Virus record (IMG/VR): IMGVR_UViG_3300005253_000045
Span: 11,629-75,628 of that record
Direction: 5' to 3' (one strand)
From: a virus
DNA: 64,000 nt
Made by a program: the position numbers and the translations under genes. The stretch's first letter is position 1; each line of letters opens with the position of its first letter. Below the pieces are notes generated by a model. It saw only the letters and a program-made list of their open reading frames with translations. It was not told where the DNA came from and made no database searches. Shown here piece by piece: positions 19,687 to 28,747 of this stretch.

Positions 19687-21129
19687 TCATTCCACGCTCA
19701 CCTTAGGCTCCAGACCTATATCGCCAAGGGGATGGTTCAGAGCCCCAAGCTCCTTGACCTTCTCCTCCCACTCCATCGGCTCCGCCTCAGTATACCCAAC
19801 AATACTTGCCCGGAGCCAGCGGTTGTAGCGCGTCCCCCCTTCTGACTCTAGCCAGTGAGCCGTACTCCCCATGTTGATGAGTGAGACGACTGCAACGTCT
19901 AGTAGGTCATCAACTGAGCCCATGAGGGCAAAATGTAGGAGTTCGGGCGCTGGTAGCCCCCAGGGGGAACGTCTCCCGTAGAGCGTTGCTGACCGCCGGG
20001 CGAGCGTATACTGGTCAGTCAAACGTATGATGCCAAGGCGTAGGTTAGGTAGCTTCTTGTCTATATGCTGCGCCTTGATAAGCTGGGGGCTCTCCGGCAT
20101 CGCGGCCGCCCAGTCAGGGTACAGCCAGCTTAGAAGAGCTTCGTCCTCGCCACATACCATCCACAGTAAGAAGGAGTTGGCCTCCTTAGAGCTGAGCTCC
20201 AGATAGCTGCTAAACTCGGCAAGTGGGCTCCTGCCCCCTCGCAACCACCCGGAAATTGTGGGGTCCTTGGTGTAGTACGCGAGAACCTTGAATAGGAGCC
20301 AGTCGTAGGTTAGCTTCCATCGTGTACCCTCCAAGACCTTAGCTTTAGGGAATGTCTCATGGTGCCGTACCACGGGGAGCCCCACTTTCCGATAGAAGCT
20401 GGGGGCTTCCAGGGCTAGGCCCGGCCCGAGGACAGCGCAGTCTAGTGCGTCTTTGAGGGGGGATAAACCCCGGGCAACAGGACGTCCTGTGGTGTACTCC
20501 AGCACAGTCATGTCGTGGATGATGTTAGGTAGTATTGGATTGAGGTTGTCGTCGGGCGCCTCATCAAACCAAGAGCTTAGGCCGCGGATGAGCTCCCCCG
20601 TGTCTCGAGTAACAAGTGCCGGCGCCACTCGCTCCGCCTTCAGCGCCCGTTCGATGATACCCCGGATGGGGCCTGTGTACTCATTCTTCGTTACGAACCA
20701 GCCTTGAGCCTTAATAGCTAGTGCTATCTCGTTGGCAGTAGCGGAGATGCCTACGGGGGTCTTCTCTACTTCTGACCCCATCTGTAGTAGCCACTCCCCC
20801 AGTGCCCCCATACCCTCCGCATCGTCGACGATGCGATAAGGCCACTCCCCTAATCGCCCTTCGGCCGGCCCACTGCCCTGGTCGGACGGTACTGCTCGTA
20901 CAGACCCCGCCACTCCTTCGTCTGTTTGGGCGTCAGCAGCCGTTCGTTGGTCTTCTCCTCTATTAGGGCGCTCAGGGCCGTCAGGTTCGCTAGCATCACT
21001 AGGAACTTCTGGAGTAGCCACGGGACGTCGTACTCCTCCTTCTTCTGGTAGTTGTTCCGTGCCCAATTCAGACGGGAGTTCCACGTCGGCCAGATCTCCG
21101 CGGGTCTTTCTTCGTTTCCGTTTTGCCAT
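19687..21129 (-). CDS. Degenerate family A DNA polymerase-like protein
   Basis: Colinear similarity to PolA (VLAYYTKDP, TLYGRR, FALMGSVDDLL) without catalytic Asp residues; start uncertain. Confidence 0.6.
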   Translation of the reverse strand: MAKRKRRKTRGDLADVELPSELGTEQLPEEGGVRRPVATPEVPSDASEPDGPERPNRGEDQRTAADAQTDEGVAGSVRAVPSDQGSGPAEGRLGEWPYRIVDDAEGMGALGEWLLQMGSEVEKTPVGISATANEIALAIKAQGWFVTKNEYTGPIRGIIERALKAERVAPALVTRDTGELIRGLSSWFDEAPDDNLNPILPNIIHDMTVLEYTTGRPVARGLSPLKDALDCAVLGPGLALEAPSFYRKVGLPVVRHHETFPKAKVLEGTRWKLTYDWLLFKVLAYYTKDPTISGWLRGGRSPLAEFSSYLELSSKEANSFLLWMVCGEDEALLSWLYPDWAAAMPESPQLIKAQHIDKKLPNLRLGIIRLTDQYTLARRSATLYGRRSPWGLPAPELLHFALMGSVDDLLDVAVVSLINMGSTAHWLESEGGTRYNRWLRASIVGYTEAEPMEWEEKVKELGALNHPLGDIGLEPKVSVE

Positions 21130-21149
21130 GACATGACTACTCCCTAGGC

Positions 21150-21380
21150 TTAGGCCTGTGCCGCTGGAATCTTACGGAAGGCGAAGCCTCCCCTTTTCAC
21201 GAGTGCGCTGAATGCACTACCAATGGAGTCAGCAAACAGGACGTCCAGAACGACCTCATTTGATACGCCATCGTACTCGTAGAAGCTATCCTCTCCAAAC
21301 TGGACGACTAGCCTGCCGGTCTCCCGTTCAAACTTGATTGCGGTCATTGCCGCCGATACTACCGGTACGAACTTTGCCAT
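21150..21380 (-). CDS. KTSC domain protein
   Basis: L.VQF..YEYDGV..ADSIGSAF..VK; SD AAGGAGGT. Confidence 0.85.
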   Translation of the reverse strand: MAKFVPVVSAAMTAIKFERETGRLVVQFGEDSFYEYDGVSNEVVLDVLFADSIGSAFSALVKRGGFAFRKIPAAQA

Positions 21381-21436
21381 GGTGGATTACACCTCCTTCA
21401 GTATGTACAACGTTCTTAAACCCACTGTATATCACT

Positions 21437-22066
21437 CTACATTGTTTCTTTCTTCACATCAAGTATCTCGCCCTCGATTATTTCAGAGCCGTCATACATC
21501 TTCAAGCCTTCGAGCATACCCATACTCTCAAGCTCCTTACGCTGTTGAACACTGACGTCCAAGCCACGGCGCAACTTCTCTAGGGCGATACGCTGGCCAG
21601 CCGATAGGTGAGTGATATTGACGTCGCCCTCTATCTTGCGGATGTCCTTGAGATGCCCAGCCGCCTTCATCAGGTCGGCCCACATGCGCGCCCGTACCGT
21701 ATCGTTGGTAGTATTAACGTAGATGGTATCCTTGTGGCTACATTTGGAACAGATATTTGTGACTTTGATGGTCTTGTTGGCCTCGAGAAGTTCCATGGCT
21801 ATGTCGGGGAGGCGCTCCTGCAACTCCGTAAATCTTGCCGCGGTTGCGTCATGAGCGCTCTGAAAGAACTCCTCGTGTGCCCGAAGGAAGGCGGGGTCGT
21901 CTCGCAGCCACCTAGTTACCTGCGCCGACTTAATGCCCACGCCATCGCAAGCATCCCTCTTAGAGCCGTTACGTGATAGAAGGTCGAAGTATCGCCGCTG
22001 GGTGGGGAGTAGCCCGTCTTCTCCTCGAGCGCGGGGCCTCCCTATTAGCGCTCTGTCGTTGTTCAT
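21437..22066 (-). CDS. HTH protein, terminase small subunit-like
   Basis: ACDGVGIKSAQVTRWLRDDPAF HTH; KIEGDVNITH tail. Confidence 0.5.
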   Translation of the reverse strand: MNNDRALIGRPRARGEDGLLPTQRRYFDLLSRNGSKRDACDGVGIKSAQVTRWLRDDPAFLRAHEEFFQSAHDATAARFTELQERLPDIAMELLEANKTIKVTNICSKCSHKDTIYVNTTNDTVRARMWADLMKAAGHLKDIRKIEGDVNITHLSAGQRIALEKLRRGLDVSVQQRKELESMGMLEGLKMYDGSEIIEGEILDVKKETM

Positions 22067-22209
22067 GGAGACGTCCCTCGAAAAAGAGATGATATAAGTC
22101 TCGGTACTTGACCGGTACCGCCGCAGGTAGGGCACTTCGCCCAGTTTCTGCAAAGGGGACTTGGGCAAGGAACCATAATAGGAGGCCGTCTAAGTGTACC
22201 CTCATTCAT
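22063..22209 (-). CDS. Small Zn-finger protein
   Basis: CPSPLC..KCPTCGGTGQV; not in ORF track. Confidence 0.55.
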   Translation of the reverse strand: MNEGTLRRPPIMVPCPSPLCRNWAKCPTCGGTGQVPRLISSLFRGTSP

Positions 22210-22381
22210 CTTAGTTCCTTCCGGGGCGGACCCACTGGGCGAGAGTACAGAACTTTGCCCAGATGCGCCGCTTAAGAGACATGGATTCTTGGTGCCGTAC
22301 CTTATCGCACCATACGCAGGGGATATTGCGGTAAGTCCTCATAAGAGGTTCCTCTCATTCTATCGTCCTTTCCCTCGCTTG

Positions 22382-25030
22382 TCAAACCGACTTCAGGCTA
22401 CCGAAGGACTGACCAATTTGCACATCGACGGGTATCTGCCACCCCAGCTTCTCCCCATTTGTCAGCACGGTGTTCATTGCTATGTCCTGCCATAGCTCTT
22501 TCACTGTGACGGCCGCTTCCTCTAACCGGTCTAGTGGGGCGTACATTGCCAGGCTGTCGTGCATCTCCATGATAGGCTCGACCCAGGAGGATAGCTCCCG
22601 CTCAGTAGCGATGTGGGCTAAGGAGTGTAGGTCGTGGGCTCCTGACTGCACGGGCATGTTGAACCCCTGACGGACGACGCCCTCTAGGTCCCCCCGGTAC
22701 CGCAGGGCTTTGAGGATGGGCACCTCAAGGAATTGCCGGCGCCGGCCAAACTTGTTGCCGATAGACCCCCGCTGGAACATCTCCTCCCGAACGCGAAGGA
22801 AGAAGGGCGCCATGTTTGGAAAGATGTACTGGATGTAGTGCGCGAGGAGTGGAGCAGCCTCTTGTACCGAGCACCCAAGGCGTTGTGCCGCGCCCTCTTC
22901 AGTCAGGCCATAGTTCATACCGAAGACAAACGTCTTACCGCGGTCACGAATCGTCTTGTACTTAGTCTTCCACTCCTCGAGAGAGAGGCCGTCGTCTACG
23001 ATGTCGGCGGGGAACCTGCTGGAAACTCCCAGCTTACATAGCTCTCGAGCAACGTGAGCATGGATGTCGGCCCCACTCAACAGAAGATTGAGGAGCACCT
23101 CATCCCCAGTCTCGTAGGCCATGACCCAGACCTCGGCCTGGCTCCAGTCAGCATTTATCATCCCAAAACCAGGAGGCGAACCGAACATATCCCGGACGGC
23201 ATCGTCCGAGTCAATCCCATACTTCTCGTCGTGGATAGAGATGTCCTTAGGGGGGTTCATGAGGTTAGGATACTCGCAGGAGAAGCGTCCTGTTGCTGCT
23301 CGAGCGGAGTTCCAGCGGGCGTGAATGCGGCCGTCCTCCCGGATGTGGAACCGGAAACCGCCGTCCTTTCCCCCGTCCATGTAGGTACCCGAGAACTTCT
23401 CAAGGTGGCGAATGTCGACGAGAATGGGTAGTCCCTCATGTTGTACCCGCTCATTCAGCTCTTTCAATTCGTCGGCGCCCGTCTTCGCGTGTTGGGATGA
23501 GCACGGCGCCTGTGCCTTTTTACACTTCTGGCACTCCTTACGCGCACTGTCTATAGGGGTGGCGGTAAGTGGTAGCCCCCACTCCTCGAAGACGAGCTTC
23601 TGCACAGTCTGGTAGTAAGAAGGCTTCTCTACCTCACGGCCTACGAACTCGTTCAGCCTCTCCTTCTCCGTATCTAAGCGGTCTCGGTAGTAGAGGCAGA
23701 GTTTGTCGAAGTGCTCTTGGTCTATGTATACTCCCCGCTCCTCTAGCTTTGTGGCGCAGCGAATGAGAGGGATGCTGATATTATCGTAGACCCACAAGGA
23801 CTTTTCTTCTTCTACCTGTGAGTGGAGGATGGGAACTAGGGTCTGTACTACGTCGACGTCGGCGCCGGCGTACTCCCATAGTTCCTTGTCCGGGACTTCC
23901 CACATTTTCGATTTCATGGATTTCAGCCCAGCCTCGTAGTACGGTATGTCCGTATGAAGTGCCGTTAGGAGGGTGAGGTTGGCTGGAGTAGACTCTGACA
24001 TGAGCGTCGATAGAAGACGGGTGTCCTGCTGGACATTGTTGACGTGGAACCCAAAGGCGGTAGAGACAGTGACCACCTTCTCGTCGACGCTACGCTCCAA
24101 CATCCTGAGGTCGAAACCAATGTTCTGCCCGGCCTTTGGCTTATCCGAGCGGAGGATTTCGTCGAGGATTTCTATCACCTCGGGTAGTTCGGTATCCAAG
24201 TCCCAGTAGGGTACTGGGCACCACTCTGTCTCAGGAACCTCCTTACGATTCTTCCCCCGCCCCTTCATTTTCATGACTGTGCACTCGCCGCGGTGAAGGA
24301 TAGGGACAGCGTACCCTATGCCCTCATCGGCTGTGAGACTTACGCAGAGCAGCTCTGAGTCCATCCAGCTTAACCCCGTCGTCTCAGTATCAACAGAGAT
24401 GATGGAAACGTCAGGCCCTAACAGGTAGTCTCGCAGGGCTCGAAGGTCTTCTAGGGTCGTGATGCCTGCGTATGAGCCGTACTTCTCGGCGACGCCTCCC
24501 TGCTCCATGATGCGCTTGGCCTTGCGGAAGTGTGCTAGCACCAAGGCCGCCTCATCCCAGTGCCCACGAGAAATATAACTGGGGTGGTAGGTTGGAATCA
24601 CAGGTATGCCCGGGAGCTCATCGTTATAGAGGGTGAAGCCCATCACCTCCCGTACGCCGACCCCCGGTTTGTACAGGGAGCGGATAGCCGGGCCTCCAAG
24701 GGCGACGATGACTGAGGGGTTGACGGCCCGCAACTCCTCTATGAGGTAGTCATGGCAGGCGTCTATCTCTGAAGGCTTCGGGTTTCGCTCGCCCCAGCAG
24801 CGCGTGGCGTTTGTGTAGTAGGATAGATGCTGGTTGATACCGGCCGCCCACTCCATGATGCGGAGTACACGGCCCGCCTTACCCACAAAGGGGCGCCCCT
24901 TCTGATTCTCGAAGGCACCTGGGCCCTCACCAACGAAGGCTATCTTAGCGTGTGTTGGCCCTGTGCCGTTGACCACACACTTCCGCCCTTGAAGAGCTGG
25001 GCAGCGGCTACAGTCCTTAGGAGGAGGCAT
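22382..25030 (-). CDS. polA: DNA polymerase A with N-terminal family-4 uracil-DNA glycosylase and 3'-5' exonuclease
   Basis: CSRC, GEGPG, PFVG.AG, YHPS (UDG4); DTETTG (ExoI); ADWSQAE, KTFVFGMNYG, MHDS (motifs A, B, C). Confidence 0.95.
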   Translation of the reverse strand: MPPPKDCSRCPALQGRKCVVNGTGPTHAKIAFVGEGPGAFENQKGRPFVGKAGRVLRIMEWAAGINQHLSYYTNATRCWGERNPKPSEIDACHDYLIEELRAVNPSVIVALGGPAIRSLYKPGVGVREVMGFTLYNDELPGIPVIPTYHPSYISRGHWDEAALVLAHFRKAKRIMEQGGVAEKYGSYAGITTLEDLRALRDYLLGPDVSIISVDTETTGLSWMDSELLCVSLTADEGIGYAVPILHRGECTVMKMKGRGKNRKEVPETEWCPVPYWDLDTELPEVIEILDEILRSDKPKAGQNIGFDLRMLERSVDEKVVTVSTAFGFHVNNVQQDTRLLSTLMSESTPANLTLLTALHTDIPYYEAGLKSMKSKMWEVPDKELWEYAGADVDVVQTLVPILHSQVEEEKSLWVYDNISIPLIRCATKLEERGVYIDQEHFDKLCLYYRDRLDTEKERLNEFVGREVEKPSYYQTVQKLVFEEWGLPLTATPIDSARKECQKCKKAQAPCSSQHAKTGADELKELNERVQHEGLPILVDIRHLEKFSGTYMDGGKDGGFRFHIREDGRIHARWNSARAATGRFSCEYPNLMNPPKDISIHDEKYGIDSDDAVRDMFGSPPGFGMINADWSQAEVWVMAYETGDEVLLNLLLSGADIHAHVARELCKLGVSSRFPADIVDDGLSLEEWKTKYKTIRDRGKTFVFGMNYGLTEEGAAQRLGCSVQEAAPLLAHYIQYIFPNMAPFFLRVREEMFQRGSIGNKFGRRRQFLEVPILKALRYRGDLEGVVRQGFNMPVQSGAHDLHSLAHIATERELSSWVEPIMEMHDSLAMYAPLDRLEEAAVTVKELWQDIAMNTVLTNGEKLGWQIPVDVQIGQSFGSLKSV

Positions 25031-25043
25031 TAGGTATGAGCCC

Positions 25044-25073
25044 TTGACAGGACAGTGATTTGTACGGTACTAT
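25044..25073 (+). promoter_or_regulatory. sigma70-type promoter, leaderless transcript
   Basis: TTGACA-18-TACTAT, 6 nt before ATG 25080. Confidence 0.65.
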
Positions 25074-25079
25074 GGGTGT

Positions 25080-25601
25080 ATGGAGAACCCACGAGACCGG
25101 CGACGTAAACGCCTTCAAGCAGAGGGTTTGTGTGTATCGTGCGGCGCAGAACCCGTAGTGCCTGGGAGAAAATGGTATGGGGTAAAATGCCAGCAGGCCA
25201 GAACCGACACACATATGAAGAAATGGTATCAGCGAAAAGCTGATGGTTTGTGCGTTTACTGCGGCGTAGCCGCGCCGGTCGAGGGGAAGCTCCCCTGTGC
25301 CCCCTGCCTGAGGGCGCAGAATAGCCGCTCTAAGAAAAGCAAAGAGGCGCTTCGTCAGGAGATGTTTAGTCACTACGGTTGGGTTTGTACCTGCTGTAAG
25401 GAGCCCCGACAAGAGTTTCTGGCTCTTGACCATATAGATGGTAGCGGGGCACAGCAACGCAGGGAGCACCCTACCCGAAAGAGCCCCGGCCTTTATAGCT
25501 ACTTGAGGACACAGGGGTGGCCGGCTGGGTTTCGGACTCTTTGTCATAACTGTAACTTCAGTTTGGGGGCACATGGCTATTGCCCTCACGATAACGAATG
25601 A
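25080..25601 (+). CDS. HNH endonuclease, antisense insertion
   Basis: CTCC..LALDHIDG..LCHNCN; two N-terminal GLCVxCG Zn repeats. Confidence 0.85.
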   Translation: MENPRDRRRKRLQAEGLCVSCGAEPVVPGRKWYGVKCQQARTDTHMKKWYQRKADGLCVYCGVAAPVEGKLPCAPCLRAQNSRSKKSKEALRQEMFSHYGWVCTCCKEPRQEFLALDHIDGSGAQQRREHPTRKSPGLYSYLRTQGWPAGFRTLCHNCNFSLGAHGYCPHDNE

Positions 25602-25902
25602 AGTCCCCGACTTCTAATACGACAAATGTTTGGGCTCCATGACCGCGGCCAGGCTTTGTTCGTATGACTAGCAAGGGCAGGTCATCTGTCCCTTGCGCAG
25701 CCTCCTGAATCTGGCGCATTCCTTCGGTAATATAGGTGGATACACCCGACCGCTGTTTTACTTGCGCTACAAATCCAGGGCCTGCTACGTCCGCGTCTCC
25801 TTTTTTCTTCCACTCCCCAGCATGAAGACGCCGGCCGCCCAGGAGTAGAGCGACGTCCCGCTCTGCCTGTTTCGATTGCGCTACTGTACTACGCCTGCTC
25901 AT
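25558..25902 (-). CDS. Holliday junction resolvase-like PD-(D/E)XK nuclease
   Basis: ERDVA..DADV..QVK..PLLV. Confidence 0.65.
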   Translation of the reverse strand: MSRRSTVAQSKQAERDVALLLGGRRLHAGEWKKKGDADVAGPGFVAQVKQRSGVSTYITEGMRQIQEAAQGTDDLPLLVIRTKPGRGHGAQTFVVLEVGDFIRYREGNSHVPPN

Positions 25903-26161
25903 AGCAACCCTCATCCTCTGGAGGTACTCTAAAGCCGCGTTGTTCGAGAAAGGCGAAGCATACTGCCGCTACTTGGATGGCTTCCTTCACCATTCCTTCC
26001 TCGTCCCTCTCGAGGATAGCCTCACAGAGCTCACCGTACTCCTCACCAAGAATGGTGGCCCAAAGCGTGTCATCTAAGTGGCGTTGGCTGCCCCACTTGA
26101 TGTCTTGCCGCTGCCGTTCGGAGTAGACAGCGTGCGTAACTCCTTCAAAGGTAAAGTTCAT
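25889..26161 (-). CDS. MazG-like nucleotide pyrophosphohydrolase
   Basis: ILGEEYGELCEA..KEAIQVAAV. Confidence 0.8.
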   Translation of the reverse strand: MNFTFEGVTHAVYSERQRQDIKWGSQRHLDDTLWATILGEEYGELCEAILERDEEGMVKEAIQVAAVCFAFLEQRGFRVPPEDEGCYEQA

Positions 26162-26808
26162 GACCTATCCTCCGTTCCAGATTTCAGTGGGGTCAATGTC
26201 CCACCGGGGTTCACTAGATACGCCACGTCCGCGGCGTCGAGGACTTCATCCTCATGCGACGAAAATATCAGTTGGAAGCCTAGGCGCTCCGTTATCTCCT
26301 TCACCAGTTGGCAGAGAGCGGGGCGCTGTTCGGTAGCGACCATCGAAAATGGTTCATCGAGTGCCTCCAGCCGGCGCCACTCGGGGTGCTGCGATGTCGT
26401 CATGAAGTGGCGGAGTAGGTAGGCGAGGACCTGCACAACTGAACCCCCGGTGCCACCCTTGAGCCTCACACGCTTACCGTCCTTGACCAGTATGATGTCA
26501 AGGCTAGCCACTCCCCGCTTGATTGTGGACTCAAGGAGCACCTCGTACTCGGCGTCAGTGAAGACAGCGTTGATACCCTGCCCGCCTAAGGCGGCAAGGG
26601 CCTTCTCGTAGTGACCCCTCCAGGTTTTTTCTAGGGACTGGAGAACTATGAGGGCCTTTGCCTGCACGTCCTCCTGCTCGAGAGCCGCGGCCTTCTGGTT
26701 GTCCAGCTTAGCCTTCTGCCCTTCGAGGAGCTCGCCCTGACCCCGCCATCCAGCACACTGCCTCTGAAAGAAGTCGAGTTCGGTGCGTAGCTCAGCTACT
26801 TCACTCAT
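26158..26808 (-). CDS. SbcC/Rad50 C-terminal half
   Basis: Coiled coil, signature-like GTGGS, Walker B ALDEPF, H-loop SSH. Confidence 0.85.
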   Translation of the reverse strand: MSEVAELRTELDFFQRQCAGWRGQGELLEGQKAKLDNQKAAALEQEDVQAKALIVLQSLEKTWRGHYEKALAALGGQGINAVFTDAEYEVLLESTIKRGVASLDIILVKDGKRVRLKGGTGGSVVQVLAYLLRHFMTTSQHPEWRRLEALDEPFSMVATEQRPALCQLVKEITERLGFQLIFSSHEDEVLDAADVAYLVNPGGTLTPLKSGTEDRS

Positions 26809-27079
26809 TGCGGGGGATGTCTTTCTCCGTTGTGTCGGGGAGTCCACATCGTACGCCAGCTTTAATGAGCTTTCGTGCTTCGTCTGTCCTCCCCCATCGG
26901 CCGAATAGCAGGGAGGTACGTACTCCGAATGACTCGGCCCTCGTCTCTCTCACTGGTTGAGCTTCGACAATAAGACCGAAGTCATCTACGCTACGGTTCT
27001 GTAAGCTATCAAACGCCTGCCACTGGTCAGACGCCTCGACTATCTCGTCGATGTTCTTACTAGTTAGAAACCACTTCAT
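26801..27079 (-). CDS. Hypothetical protein
   Basis: Overlapping coupled ORF. Confidence 0.5.
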   Translation of the reverse strand: MKWFLTSKNIDEIVEASDQWQAFDSLQNRSVDDFGLIVEAQPVRETRAESFGVRTSLLFGRWGRTDEARKLIKAGVRCGLPDTTEKDIPRNE

Positions 27080-27329
27080 CGCTCGGCGCCTCCTTCTTTA
27101 GTGCCTGTATCTCCTCCCGGACGGCCGTGACAGCGATGTCGACGTCCCCACGTATCTGGGTGGCGGCGCCGGTAAGGTCGCTAGGGTCTAGGCCCAGCTC
27201 AGTAGCCTCGGCCTCGAGCTTAGCCAGCTCCGTCTCCGCACTCTGCTGCTGACCCTCGAGACGGGCCAGGTCAGTGTGAGCTGAGGCAATATCCTTGCGG
27301 AGCTGGTCGACAGTTGGTATCGTGGGCAT
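27060..27329 (-). CDS. Coiled-coil protein
   Basis: Heptad-rich; lies between sbcD and sbcC-C. Confidence 0.6.
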   Translation of the reverse strand: MPTIPTVDQLRKDIASAHTDLARLEGQQQSAETELAKLEAEATELGLDPSDLTGAATQIRGDVDIAVTAVREEIQALKKEAPSDEVVSN

Positions 27330-27553
27330 TATGATGCCTCCTTATCGCAGTTGTGTTCGCACCCACAGACTCGATTTGAATAGCTCAGACCGAAAGTAGC
27401 GCCGTCGCAATGACATGTGGGGCAGGTGTGTACTCTTGTTTCGGTGAACTTCTGGTCGTAGGTACAGTCGCCGCAGCAGTCGCCTTCGGCCTTGTGGCAT
27501 ACCGCGCAGCCGAAGCAGCTACCACAACCATCCCATCCAATGGCGTGGGGCAT
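27329..27553 (-). CDS. Cys-rich small protein
   Basis: Many CxxC motifs. Confidence 0.55.
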   Translation of the reverse strand: MPHAIGWDGCGSCFGCAVCHKAEGDCCGDCTYDQKFTETRVHTCPTCHCDGATFGLSYSNRVCGCEHNCDKEAS

Positions 27554-28563
27554 TAGGAAGCCTCCTCTAAGTGACGCTGCACCTCTGCCTTTACCTTTGG
27601 CTCGAGGTCTCCGAGCTCCGCCAGCAGCTCGGGTATGGACATCTGGTCTGCGCGTATACCCTGGCCCAGGAGCTCGACGAAGTTGCTTATCTCATCTGCA
27701 TCCACGCCCTCTAGCTCCACAGTGTCGTCGGGGCTACGCCGGCCGAACACTTCAAGGGCGGGGAGGACATCGGGAAGAGGTACCTCCTCAACCGACACCC
27801 CATCCTTGTCCACACCTACTAACAAAACCTCTATGGTTCGGGCGTAGCTGGCCAGGTCTCGGCGTGTGCGGGCCACACTGCCAGGGTTGGCGAAGACGGT
27901 AGTACCCACCTGCACCACGCCCAGAGACTCGTGGATATGCCCAGATACCAGCAAATTGTAGTCCTCGAGGCCCGGTATCTGGCTGACGTCAACAGTGGGG
28001 TACTGGCGGCTATCGCCTGGTGCTACAAGGGAGCCGTGGGCCAGGCCAATGACCGGGGCCTTCTGCCCGCGTATCTTTTCGTGCTCCTCCTCAGTGAGGG
28101 CGTAGTAGGAGGGGTCAGTCACACCGGTGTGGACGCCTTCGGCAACAGCGTTGTAAGGCCGCGGGACAATCCAGAACTCAGGGTTACCGTCCTTCACCCC
28201 AAAGCCCTTCATCTCCATCAACAGTTCGATAGCCCCTGCCTTCTCCAGGGTTCCCAGAGGTTGCCGTGGGAGACTATCGATACCCTCGGGGCCGTAGTCA
28301 TGGTTCCCTGGAACGACATAGACGGGGCAGGGGAAAGCCTTGAAGGCGCCGATGAGCCGTTGCACGAGACCATGGCTGACCCTATTGGGCTGCTTTACGT
28401 GGTAGATGTCACCTGTAAAGAAGGCATGTTCGACCTTGTGCTTCTTGCAGAGCGCGGTGATACTCTCTAGCTTACCCAGCATGGTCTCCATGTAGTCATC
28501 TACCCGACCGCTAGGGGCCTTGTCTGCAATGTGCAGGTCACCTGCAAAGAGGAGGTTCATCAC
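27553..28563 (-). CDS. sbcD: SbcD/Mre11 nuclease
   Basis: GDLH, GD, PGNHD, AHG, GHIH, NPGS. Confidence 0.9.
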   Translation of the reverse strand: MMNLLFAGDLHIADKAPSGRVDDYMETMLGKLESITALCKKHKVEHAFFTGDIYHVKQPNRVSHGLVQRLIGAFKAFPCPVYVVPGNHDYGPEGIDSLPRQPLGTLEKAGAIELLMEMKGFGVKDGNPEFWIVPRPYNAVAEGVHTGVTDPSYYALTEEEHEKIRGQKAPVIGLAHGSLVAPGDSRQYPTVDVSQIPGLEDYNLLVSGHIHESLGVVQVGTTVFANPGSVARTRRDLASYARTIEVLLVGVDKDGVSVEEVPLPDVLPALEVFGRRSPDDTVELEGVDADEISNFVELLGQGIRADQMSIPELLAELGDLEPKVKAEVQRHLEEAS

Positions 28564-28747
28564 CCCACCAACCTTGTCAGTGCCCAGAAGGCACTGCCGG
28601 CAAAGAGTCCCGCAAAGCTACCCCCAATAGCACGCTCCGTGATGTCCTTGAGATTGAGGTGTCCCCGCCATCGGAACGGCCCGAAGCGGCGCTCTGGGGG
28701 TATGTTAAATACGGAAGCTATGCCCTGACTGGTACATCTAGCGCACA

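Noticed and set aside
13017-26161. Z-base or other hypermodified-DNA pathway suggested by DUF5664, NDT and MazG genes
   Set aside because: No purZ, queuosine-pathway or hydroxymethylase gene recognised; these enzymes are common in unmodified phages
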